This document shows, piece after piece, positions 52,180-64,000 of a stretch of DNA of 64,000 nucleotides (position 1 is its first letter; each line of letters opens with the position of its first letter). This DNA is from Balanoglossus misakiensis (lineage: Eukaryota; Animalia; Hemichordata): contig CM082595.2 in assembly GCA_040954595.2 (NCBI GenBank), positions 6,996,193-7,060,192 on the forward strand, given 5' to 3'. Below the pieces are notes generated by a model. The model searched no databases. It saw nothing but the letters and a program-made list of their open reading frames with translations, and was not told the DNA's origin. Made by a program: the position numbers and the translations under genes.

Positions 52180-53637
52180 GGCTCAGCGCTGACCGTCAAC
52201 CCAGACTGGACTCTGCCTGCTGAGGGCGCTAGTCACTGCCCCATCCTCGTACCCCGGTTCTCGCGACTGTGCACGATAATACACCAAACAACAGAAATGG
52301 GAAAATTAAGGGACCTCCATGACCAAACTATGGAGTCCTGACTAGACCAACTGATCTCAACTATTGTTTGTGGCTGTACATTAATTAAGACATAAACACA
52401 TTGTTTGTCATATTATACAAAGTAACAACCACATTGTTTCTCAGAGTTTTAGACCAGAAATTGCCCCTAAATTATACTATTTTGCTATTGGCTATCCATT
52501 CACCTTGATTTGAATAAAAAACTTCAATTTTGTGGACTGACATCATACATATTTTATGTACATACATACATACATACCAGTACATACATGTACATGTATA
52601 CACACATGCCTGCAAGAACATGCACACATACCATACACAAATATACCGGTATACTGGTACATACACCGTCAATCTTTTATTGGCAAATTACAATTAATCA
52701 GAAGCATCTACACTTGCTGGAAAATGTCTATGTTTACAAAAATATACCGGTACTACATGATTCAATGTAAAATATAAGCTATAATACTATACTTGTTGGC
52801 ATTTATTGATATTTTTTGCTGTAAATTTGGAAATTAACAAGATTATACTTTGTTAATAGTGAGACAGTTGAAGCTGACCTTATTTGACAGTCCCCTCATT
52901 ACATAGGCTGTCAACAAATGTCAAAGTGAAACTGAAAAACATATTCTATTTTAAGTTGAGCAGACGGCAACAAAATTCCAATCACTAAAGAATATCAAAA
53001 ACTTGCGTATTAAATAACTCTTGAATTCATGAAGCTGTAGGGCATTTTTTCAAAGGTTTTTAGATTTGAATAGCTGACATGTTGTCAATAGAGACGGCAA
53101 TTGAACTTTGACAGTGCCTGGATCTCCACTGTGTTGGGCCACTGTAAGTAAACTCTTTGTTTTGCACCCTCATGCAAATAGTTTTTTGTTTCTTTTGTTT
53201 TTTGAAGATTTTTGACAAAGACAAAGACTTTCTGACCAGAAATCTCTGTTACAAATTTTACATAATTTGCTCAAATCACCTGCATGGTTGAAGTGTGTGT
53301 TATGAACAATGATGTTGAAAATTACTACTTTGAAACTTGAATGAATACTTCTCTGAATATTTCTCTGACCAGGATCCAAAATATATAACTTCCATGTATT
53401 AAATTTCTGTGTTTATTTTTCGTTCGGTCACTTATCCATGAACCTTTCAAAACTTTGAGTAGATGCTAAACAAAGAATTCACTTACTTTGGCCTTATTTT
53501 ACAGATCACATGACAAGCATCGTGTTAGCTCCAATGTACTCAAAGCCACACACTGGAACTTGTCTGCAATTTTTTTCTCCTGGTGAACACCAACTCCTTG
53601 TATAATTTGAAGATCTATACATTTATTAGTGTACCTA

Positions 53638-54675
53638 GATTGAAGCTCTAATATGTGAAGGAATCAACCACTCTTTTACAACAGTTTTTGAAGTATGTTG
53701 TACTGGAGCTGGTGATTTATTGTCTTGTTTTTTAAGTGAATACATACATTTATTGGACGTGCTGTAAATGGGTGGTGGCAAAGAGATTCCAAACTCTGAT
53801 ATCACATCTACAACACAGTTATGTGACAAGTACTGAGCAGCTCGTACAGTACTCGATCGGAACCAAACTCTGGGATTTCTCCTCTTTTTGCCAGTGGGAG
53901 CTGCTCTAGCTTTGTATGGATAGAATGGATTGAAACTCTAACTTCTGAAGGAATCAACTTATCTGTTACAACACTAAGAGGTATGTTGCATTGAACTTGG
54001 TGATTTTCTGTCTTTTACTTTCAGTCCTCAAACTCAAGCCACACCTTTTTAATTTTCATGTAACAGAAACACACTTTTAAAAAGAATTCTATTGGAAATA
54101 ACTTAACAATTAAACTTTTCTTGGCTTGAAAGATGACCAGAATATTGTGAATACCAATATACTTGTATTAATTTACATGTGACTAATACCACTTATATCA
54201 CATGTATAAGGATTGAAGCTCTAACTTGTGAAGGAATATCATCCACTCTTTACAACCATTTTCATATGTATGTTGTACTGAAACTGATGATTTATTGTCT
54301 TGTTTTTTAAGGGAATATATTGAATACATACATATGTGACGTGTTGTAAATGGGTAGTGGCAAAGAGATTCTAAACTCTGATATCACATCTACAACACAG
54401 GTACGTGACAAGTACTGAGCAGCTCGTACGGTACTCGATCGGAACCAAACTCTGGGATTTCTCCTCTTTTTGCCAGTGGGAGCTACTCTAGCTTTGTATG
54501 GATCAAATGGATTGAAACTCTAACTTCTGAAGGAATCAACCTCTCTGTTACAACATTAGGTATGTTAAATGTAAAGAAGTTTGTGATTTATTGTCTTGAA
54601 ATTCTGTCAGTCCTCAAACTCAACGACTTCTTCATATAACAGAAACACACCCTAAAAAGAATTCTATTGAAAATA
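53638..54675. repeat. ~575-bp tandem duplication built from ~290-bp diverged subunits
   Basis: GATTGAA(G/A)CTCTAA..TGAAGGAAT recurs at ~53638, 53927, 54210, 54510. Confidence 0.8.
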
Positions 54676-55528
54676 GGTCACTACACTTTTCATGATTTGA
54701 ATTCATGGGTCTGAACAATGTCTATGATTCATCAATGTAAAAACTTAATCAGTAATAACTATAAAAGGGACAATTATTTTCCCAAACGCTGTACAGTATA
54801 GGTTACACAAAATATTAAGTGCATGCATGCACTTTTGGAGATATCGTGAACAGCAAACTGGTGATAGTGTCCTGTGTCAATATTTAACAGATACAACAAC
54901 AGGTATCACATGAAAATCACATGCAGTACTCATGTAAGCCTAGAACCAAACTCGATCAAAGACGTGATTTTGCCTCGTGAGCACTAACTTTCATGTCGTG
55001 TGAGAAAATTGTCTGCACTTTTACAGCCCTTGTTAGTAGTTACAGTATTTTATTGACAGAAGTGATCATTTCAACAGCCTTCTACCCCTCAAATTCAATG
55101 CCTTCAAATTATTTGTTGGTATCACAGAGCGAATTTTATCTAAATAAAATTCTACTTTAATATTCTGTCGACAACTGTAAGATTGAGACAATTTGTTTTT
55201 GCCAAATACGATTATTAAGCTCAATCTTTTCTATCAATCATACGTACACATGATACTATCATGCAGAGTAAGGTTAATATTTAATCGTACATGTTGTGGT
55301 CTGGTTTTACACAGACAGTGACCTCATTTGACCTTTAGGGAGCTGTCTTTAATACAGTGTCACATCACATACCAGTATACCCTACATCCACTGAATCAAC
55401 TGCATTGATTTTGTCCATTCTCCATACAAATGATACACGATCACATCATCACCACAATCACTGGTCGACTTCTCATATTTATAACTATACCCAGGTACAA
55501 TATGTTTCTTCCCAGCAGGAATGTAATT

Positions 55529-58500
55529 ATGTCAGAACCATCTGCAGCACTGGTTGTATTGCAATCATGGGACAAAGAGGCAAAGACTTCCCAACCAACT
55601 CAAGCTATAATCAAACATCTCAAAGAAAACACACTCCAGTCTGAGAACGTTTCTGAATTCCACTGTACTACCCTTGAAATTGAAGTGAGTGAAGAACAAA
55701 AGAAAGATGCAAAGAGTGTGAATGTCACTTTGATTCCAGCCAAAAGAAACAAGTGGTTGGATCCAAAGAAAGATCCACCTGGAGAACACTGGCTTGTCAG
55801 TCACACAATCTACTACCCAGGACTGAAGAAACTGAAAAACATCCAACATGTAGTCGGATATTCTCCACAGACACACAAAGCAGCAGCTGCAATCCACGAA
55901 AGTCTCTTCCCTGAAGCCAAACTTCACCAACTCAGTCTTCCTGACCCACCACCTGTGGCAGCATTAATGGTCATGCAAACCTGGCAGACAGAATCAGAAG
56001 ATCAGACAACAACACCAACTAACAAACTTGTCACTGAATTTCGAGAAGAAAAACTGAAGCCAGATGAAGTTTCTGAATTCCACTGTACCACCCTTGATGT
56101 TAAAGTGAGTGAAGAACAAAAGAAAGATGCAGAGAGTGTTGCTGCTACTTTGATCCCAGCCAAAAGAAGCAAGTGGTTGGATCCAAAGACAGATCCACCT
56201 GGAGAACACTGGCTTGTTCACCATGGTACATACTTCCCAGATCTAAAGGAACTGAAAAACATCCAACATGTAGTCGGATATTCTCCACAGACTTACAATG
56301 CAGCAGGTGCAATTCATGAAAGTCTCTTCCCTGAAGCCAAACTTCATCAACTCCAACTTCCAGATCCACCTCCTGGAGTATTATTTGTGTATGACGACTG
56401 GAACAAAGAAGATTGTGGCTTGACTGGTTTTCACAGAACTCTTGTACAAGATTTCTGTGCAAGAAAAGGCAAAGAAGAAAAACCTGTTAAAGCCTACTCC
56501 ACATTTGTTGGTGTCAAAGCCAGTGATGACCAGAAGGCAGATGCTGCCAAGTGTCGGGTTACATTGATTCCAGCACAACCAAAAGACATCACTGATCAGC
56601 CAGATGTAAAATGGTTGTTCAATCATGAAAGTTACTTTCCTGATCTAAGAAAGTTAGAAAACATCAAGTATGTTGTTGGTTATGCTCCAAAGACCGGATC
56701 CGCTGCTATAGATATCAGAAAAAAAGTGTTTCCTGATGCACAACTAGTGATGATCAACCATGCCTATGAAGAAAGCAACTGTCTGTTGAAACAACCAAAA
56801 GGAAAGTTAAGTGAAATGATGCTGAAGCTGGCCAGTGAAGCTGATATCATATTTTCAATTGGTCCAAGCATGTATGAGCATTTCCAGAACGAATACCGGG
56901 CTACCTTTGATGGCAGGGAACTACACATGATCCCTCATGAAGAGATTTTCCCCAGACCTGCTGAAGTCTTTTTCAGAAAAGACCCAACGTACCTAGATGG
57001 AGTGACTACTCACAGCATACTGACATACGGGCAGATTGATACACAAGAAGCCTTGGACAGATGTGAGACAATAGCAGCTGCTATTGGAAGTGCAGCAAAC
57101 ATAGTGAAAGACTTTCACAACAAACTTCTGAATTGGTCAATACGGGGAGCAGGTGAGGCTGAACTGAAGCATATTCTACAGCAGATGAACAGCAATCATG
57201 TAATGGCATATCCTCACCCAGATTACTCAGAAAAGACCTTAATGATATCAGTGCATCAATCTCACAGTTGTCTTCCTGTCTCTGTCTACAAGGACTATCC
57301 ATATAGCGGTTTAGAATCTATAGCAGTTGGACTACCAACCTATCCTGATGAATATTCCCAGCTTGGAAAGTTAGTCAAGAAATACTTTCCATACCAAGCA
57401 GACAGATTTGTACTGTCACACTCATCTGATAAGATTTCGGAGAAGATAATATGGAGTGTCAAGAACACCAGGTTAGCTTTTGAAGAAGCTAAGGAGCTGA
57501 AGAAGGCTCTCATGGAGTGTGAAGATGTCAACAAGTGTTACGCCAAATTCACCAGTTTGTTGACACCAAAGGACAGACAAAATGTAACAGGTATGTACAG
57601 TGTACACTTTTAGTAAATTATATCCTGTGTCTAGTTAATGATACATACTGGTAATTGTTTCTTTATTTTTCAACTTCAAGAGTAAAATAGTGAAACCTCC
57701 ACTGACAATTGCATGCATCACTGAGATACCATCTTATTTCTAAAAAGTAAACTGAGTTCTGTTGTGCCTACAATTTCTCATTATCTGCAAATCACCATTT
57801 ACAAACCTGTTCATTTCTAAAGTAATTAACTTTAAGTGACTACAGATATTAGTAAAATCGAGTGGAGTGGTTGGGAGTAAGTACTAAAGCAGCTAGTGTT
57901 GATTTCACAAGCTAAAGCACGTTCTTTCTCCTATCTTCAGCTGACACAAAAATTGCAATCCACGTCCAACTGGATGAAACTGCCTATCAGCAACATCGAG
58001 CAGAAAATGAGGGCCAGAATGAGGAAAGGCAACAGACAGCATCTACAGCTTGGAACAACTGCAAACAACAGTTGAAGAGAAGAGCATCTGATGTGGTATC
58101 CAACAGTGACGACATCAACAAAGTCAAGAAGGCCTGCACTGAGAATTTGGGTGAAGTGGAAATAGCCAGTATGAAATCAGAGTCTCTGCAAATCACAGCC
58201 AACATGCGTAGACTTTATAATCTCTACAGATTGCGGGGAAGCTGTCTTGAAGATTCAAGAAGTTTAGCCAAGGCATTAGAACCATTCTTGATGACAGATG
58301 AAATGACAGAGGCCAACACAGCTGGAATTCCACTACAGTTGATAGCTACATATGACCAAGCCAGGTTTGATGAACTGGAACTATTCTTTTTGAACAGTAA
58401 GTTTTGTTTATCAGATATAATGCTATAAACCTCTCAGACTATCAAACCAGAAAAAAAAATACAATTCAGGACAATTTACTATGAATCGATTGTTAAGAAC

Positions 58501-60884
58501 AGCACTTGATGGGTTAAATGCTCTCCCAAAGAAACAAAAATCCCTCTGAAATCATCGATGATAGAAATATTAAGCAGTTGATATACCGTACCGTAGATTT
58601 CATTTTTAACATGTACTAAATGTAAATTACTTTTCTCAATGTATCTTTCAGGAGATGGTGGAGGAATAGGACCAGTGGTATGTGAGGACAGTGTAGACGA
58701 TGAATATGTCAATGAGATACTGGCCGAGGTATGCTTTGTAATTTTAACCCTTAAAGTGCCACATCTGATCAATTGCAAGCCCAGCTGCTCTTGTATGATT
58801 GTCAATACCGGTTGACCCGTTGCGAATCTGGTGACTGTGTGGTATTTGAGCGATGGGTATTATATCATGTGGTCAAGTTTTTTATATATAGTTGTCAAAT
58901 AATAAAAGTGTTCATTTCTTCCAATTTCAGATTGACAGAACACACCTGACTTTGCAATGGGAGTTAACAGAAAAAGATTCTGATACTGAACACACTGGCC
59001 TGAAACAAAGTGAGTGATTTTACCATCATTTCAGTCAATGACAACAAAATGCACATTTAGGCTTTATAAATATTCAAAGATTCGAAAAATACTGGCATAA
59101 AATGTGTTCACATATATCCAAATTTTCCTTGACGATACACATTTGACTTGGCGTTGCACTTACACAATACCACATGAACAATGTACATGTAGGAAGGTTT
59201 TTGTTGTGGCCATAAAAATTGATATCTCCTTAAAATAAATTAGGATTGTTAACTTGTAATGATGGAAGAAACAATTGTCAGCCAACCTTAACATTCTACC
59301 ATACATTGCACAGTATACCATTTGTTCTTTCTGCATCACCAGTTTAATTTGATGCTTGAAAGATTAATGTGCCAAGACTAAAAACCTGATTTTGTTTGTA
59401 TTTTGCAGGTGAGATAATATCCAGGTTGTTGTTCCTTGAGATTGATCCAACACGAGAAATCCAGAAGTCAGCTGACAAATATGCACCTCTGATACTCAAC
59501 AGTGAGCAGTGTAAAAGACAGAAAGGAAGACAGTGTGACATCATACAACTTACAGTGAAAATGACCGAGAAAGTTCAGCATATCCTATCTCACAGACCTC
59601 AAATCTTAGAGTTACTGGGTGTTAGAAGGTACCTTACGACTGACACAGAAAGGACTGATTTCAGTGAATCAGGTAATTCGCAAATATGATGCAAACAGCA
59701 CATTTGCTTTACAAAGGGAAGTATGTTTGCTGCACTTTGTAACTAAAAGTAATGGGAACATACACAGATATGCACTGTACAACATGAATAAAACTTTATA
59801 ACTAGTTTTGCAATAATATCATTCTCTACGTGTGATAATTATGGCACTTAATATATGACCAAGGTTACTTGATATCAATGACACATATTTATCTACATTC
59901 TCCATTTCAGAGTTGGAAGATGAAGTCACACTACATGGCAGACCAATTCATCCCATACCAGCTGAATCTATCAGCTTACAAGCAAAAAGCTTACTACCCT
60001 TTGAAGCTAGTGCAAAGCATCTCAAAGAACTGCAAAAACTATTGGATGGGGCCCTGACAGAGAAGTCTAAAATTCAGACTGAGTCAGTTGGGAATAAGAG
60101 AAAGCTAGTTGGAGAAATCACTAAACTGCAGACTGAGTCAGTTGAGAATAAGAGAAAGCTAGTTGGAGAAATCACTAAACTGCAGACTGAGTCAGTTGAG
60201 AATAAGAGAAAGCTAGTTGGAGAAATCACTAAACTGCAGACTGAGTCAGTTGAGAATAAGAGAAAGCTAGTTGGAGAAATCACTAAACTGCAGACTGAGT
60301 CAGTTGAGAATAAGAGAAAGCTAGTTGGAGAAATCACTAAACTGCAGACAGAGAAAATGATTCTAGAGAATCAGTTGAAAGAAGCACTTCAGGAAAAGTC
60401 ACTCTTAGAAGAGCAGTACAAACAGAAACTTGCAAGTGTTGAGAAAGTAGCCACCACACAACTTATGGATGTCATTTCCCTGAAGCAAAGATTGAGAGAA
60501 TCAGACCCTAGACACATCCAAGAGTTGGAATCTAAACTTGAGCAACAAGAACAAACCATAACTGCGCTAAAGTCAAAATTATCTAAAATTCAGGATGAGC
60601 AATCTGACACTGCAGAGCTGCAACTGAAAACTCTTCAACTGGAAGAAGATGCAAAATTGGAAACTGAACAAGGTGAGATTGATATGAATCTGCTTCGATT
60701 ATTCCTGCATCAAGAAACCCTCGGTCAAATAAAATCTTCCAGCTCACATAGATTATAGAAAATGCAAGTTTTCATTGTTGTAAGAAATAACCAAGTACTT
60801 AACATTTAATTTCAAATATTTGTAGGCAAACTCACACCATCTGATGTGCCTCTCAAGAAAGATGAAACAGGAGACAAAATATAG
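55529..60884 (+). CDS. Multidomain immune-type protein: 2x GT N-lobe repeat + GT-B (GT4-like) domain + TRADD-N-like domain + coiled coil
   Basis: Exons ~55495(ATG 55502 or 55529)-57590, 57941-58396, 58652-58728, 58931-59009, 59409-59671, 59911-60672, 60826-60884, phases consistent. GT motifs VLFVYDDW..CGLTGFHRTL, YVVGYAPKTG, ADIIFSIG, ILTYGQ, DYPYSGLESIAVGLP. TRADD-N-like segment SESLQITAN..LYNLYRL..SLAKALEPFLMTDEM..LQLIATYDQARFDE. Confidence 0.75.
60075..60344 (+). repeat. Coding 54-bp VNTR x5 (QTESVENKRKLVGEITKL)
   Basis: Units start at 60075, 60129, 60183, 60237, 60291; near-identical. Confidence 0.95.
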
Positions 60885-63800
60885 CTGCAAGCAGCAATAG
60901 CGGGCCCAAGCCAACATGCACATAGCAACATAGCAATAAGCATATCTGCTCTTGATGCCAAGATATGGTAAAGTAGGTCAAAGGTCAACTGAGGTCATGT
61001 TATATTTGGGCAAGACATTTTTACCGTATACTGGTCCATGTTCAACAAAAACCAAACCTATAGCCCTATTGGTTAGCCTGGAATTAGGTATGCACATAAT
61101 TAATGAGGTAGGCAGGTGTCACAGGTGACCCCCAATTTTGGCTTTTCACTTTCAGTCCTAACCCTCCAAACGCCAAGTTTGTACCTGCTCTTGATGCCAA
61201 GATATGGTAAAGTAGGTCAAAGGTCACCTGAGGTCATGCAAAATTTGGGCAAGAAATTTTGACCCTATACTGGTCCATCTTCAACAAAAACCAAACCTAT
61301 AGCCCTATTGGTTAGCCTGGAATTAGGTATGCACATAATTAATGAGGTAGGCAGGTGTCACAGGTGACCCCCAGTGTTGCCTTTTCAATTTTAGTCCCAA
61401 CCCTCCAAACGCCAAGTCTGTACCTGCTCTGGATGCCAAGATATGGTAAAGTAGGTCAAAGGTCACCTGAGGTCATACAAAATTTGGGCAAGAAATTTTG
61501 ACCCTATACTGGTCCATGTTCAACAAAAACCAAACCTATAGCCCTATTGGTTAGCCTGGAATTAGGTATGCACATAATTAATGAGATATGCAGGTGTCAC
61601 AGGTGACCCCCATTTTGGCTTTTCAATTATAGTCCCAACCCTCCAAACGCCAAGTCTGTACCAGCTCTGGATGCCGAGATATACGAAAGTAGGTCAAAGG
61701 TCACCTGAGGTCACCCAAAATTTTGGCAAGAAATTTTGACCCTATACTGGTCCATGTCCCACAAGAACGAAACCTCTAGCCCTCTTAGTTAGCCCAGAAG
61801 TAGGTATGCACATAATTAATGAGTTAAGCAGGTGTTACAGGTGAGCCTCAAATTGTGCCTTCTATTTTGGTGCCATTGTGCTCACTAACCACAAGACAGT
61901 CACTGTACAGGACTATTGCACAGACCAGAATTCCACAATAAGACATGGACATAGCTTAACCATAGAGGTATAATTAAAGGTATAAATTTCATAAGAAAAT
62001 TAATATAAAAAAATCGGTCGATTTTTCATAGTATTTTTTTTCGCTTAAAATTATTGACAAATACTAGGCTAGCTGCACACCAAAGTTGGAGATGATTGGC
62101 CAAACAGATTTTGAGATATGTATGCATATTTATCCAAAATAATATGTGGTCTTAGCTTTACTATGGAAAGTATAGGCCCATGGCTTGGTAAAAAAATATG
62201 AAAAATAATACTTAAAAATCTTCTTCTCAAAATTGGCATGGCCAATATCCTTGACATTTGGCATGTAGGACACTGACCACATGGTCCGCAAAAGTTGCTA
62301 AAAGAATTTTGATATCTCCATTCATATGCAAATAAGGCCGATTTGAAAATTTTGCCCATATATGGTCATCAGGTCACGTGACTAATTAAACATTCACAAG
62401 GGTACTGCACTAGCTCTCATTGGCCTGCACCATTGTGCCAAGTTTGAAATTGGTAGGTTTAGCCGTTTTCCAGATCTAGCTGACCAAAAAAACGACAGAA
62501 GAAGAAGAAGTAGAAGAAATATAGCTGCAAGCAGCAATGGCGGGCCCAAGCCAACATAGCACATAGCAACATAGCAATAAGCATATCTGCTCTGGATGCC
62601 AAGATATGGAAAAGTAGGTCAAAGGTCACCTGAGGTCATGCAAAATTTGGGCGAGAAATTTTGACCCTATACTGGTCCATGTTCATCAAAAACCAAACCT
62701 ATAGCCCTATTGGTTAGCCTGGAATTAGGTATGCACATAATTAATGAGGTAGGCAGGTGTCACAACTGACCCCCAATTTGGCTTTCCAATTTTAGTCCCA
62801 ACCCTCCAAACGCCAAGCCTGTACCTGCTCTGGATGCCAAGATATGGTAAAGTAGGTCAAAGGTCACCTGAGGTCATACAAAATTTGGGCAAGAAATTTT
62901 GACCCTATACTGGTCCATGTTCAACAAAAACCAAACCTATAGCCCTATTGGTTAGCCTGGAATTAGGTATGCACATAATTAATGAGATATGCAGGTGTCA
63001 CAGGTGACCCCCATTTTGGCTTTTCAATTTTAGTCCCAACCCTCCAAACGCCAAGTCTGTACCAGCTCTGGATGCCGAGATATACGAAAGTAGGTCAAAG
63101 GTCACCTGAGGTCACCCAAAATTCTGGCAAGAAATTTTGACCCTATACTGGTCCATGTCCCACAAGAACGAAACCTCTAGCCCTCTTAGTTAGCCCAGAA
63201 GTAGGTATGCACATAATTAATGAGTTAAGCAGGTGTTACAGGTGAGCCTCAAATTGTGCCTTCTATTTTGGTGCCATTGTGCTCACTAACCACAAGACAG
63301 TCACTGTACAGGACTATTGCACAGACCAGAATTCCACAATAAGACATGGACATAGCTTAACCATAGAGGTATAATTAAAGGTATAAATTTCATAAGAAAA
63401 TTAATATAAAAAAATCGGTCGATTTTTCATACTATTTTTTTTCGCTTAAAATTATTGACAAATACTAGGCTAGCTGCACACCAAAGTTGGAGATGATTGG
63501 CCAAACAGATTTTGAGATATGTATGCATATTTATCCAAAATAATATGTGGTCTTAGCTTTACTATGGAAAGTATAGGCCCATGGCTTGGTCAAAAAATAT
63601 GAAAAATAATACTTAAAAATCTTCTTCTCAAAATTGGCATGGCCAATATCCTTGACATTTGGCATGTAGGACACTGACCACATGGTCCGCAAAAGTTGCT
63701 AAAAGAATTTTGATATCTCCATTCATATGCAAATAAGGCCGATTTGAAAATTTTGCCCATATATGGTCATCAGGTCACGTGACTAATTAAACATTCACAA

Positions 63801-64000
63801 GGGTACTGCACTAGCTCTCATTGGCCTGCACCATTGTGCCAAGTTTGAAATTGGTAGGTTTAGCCGTTTTCCAGATCTAGCTGACCAAAAAAACGACAGA
63901 AGAAGAAGAAGTAGAAGAATATAGCTGCAAGCAGCAATAGCAGGCCCAAGCCAACATAGCACATAGCAACATAGCAATACGCATATCTGCTCTGGATGCC
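60878..64000 (+). mobile_element. Head-to-tail array of a compound element with internal ~238-bp subrepeats (rolling-circle/Helentron-associated-like or macrosatellite)
   Basis: Units begin AATATAGCTGCAAGCAGCAA at ~60878, ~62519 and ~63918 and end in an (AGA)n tract. Unit 1 is ~1.64 kb with 4 subrepeats; unit 2 is ~1.40 kb with 3. Confidence 0.75.

Noticed and set aside
60078-60305. AP-1 sites (TGAGTCA) in each VNTR unit
   Set aside because: Explained by Thr-Glu-Ser codons within coding sequence.

Overview
AT-rich, intron-rich animal genomic DNA; the gene and repeat style suggests a marine invertebrate deuterostome (inference). Exons were reconstructed by hand from GT-AG boundaries and codon phase. 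In order, the window holds: (1) a 23-coding-exon coiled-coil gene resembling CCDC150 (+); (2) two tandem paralogues of an unrecognised ~200-aa secreted 8-Cys protein, possibly a very divergent C-type-lectin-like fold (+); (3) MRPL51 (-) head-to-head with WRAP73/WDR8 (+) across ~245 bp; (4) an SLC22 organic-cation-transporter-like gene (+) with an apparent 1-nt frameshift at the exon 8/9 junction, an orphan extra exon 3 after its stop, and an antisense spliced THAP ORF inside a Kolobok-like element in intron 4; (5) an immune-type gene encoding two duplicated glycosyltransferase N-lobes, a full degenerate GT-B (GT4-like) domain, a TRADD-N-like domain and a VNTR coiled coil, whose reading frame ends where a head-to-tail compound repeat array begins. 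Introns are densely packed with TTAA-targeting (Kolobok-like), TA-targeting and 9-10-bp-TSD MITEs, L2-like LINE 3' ends, and mini/microsatellites. The best candidates for undescribed biology are the GT-repeat/TRADD-N-like protein, the secreted paralogue pair and the THAP-only ORF.
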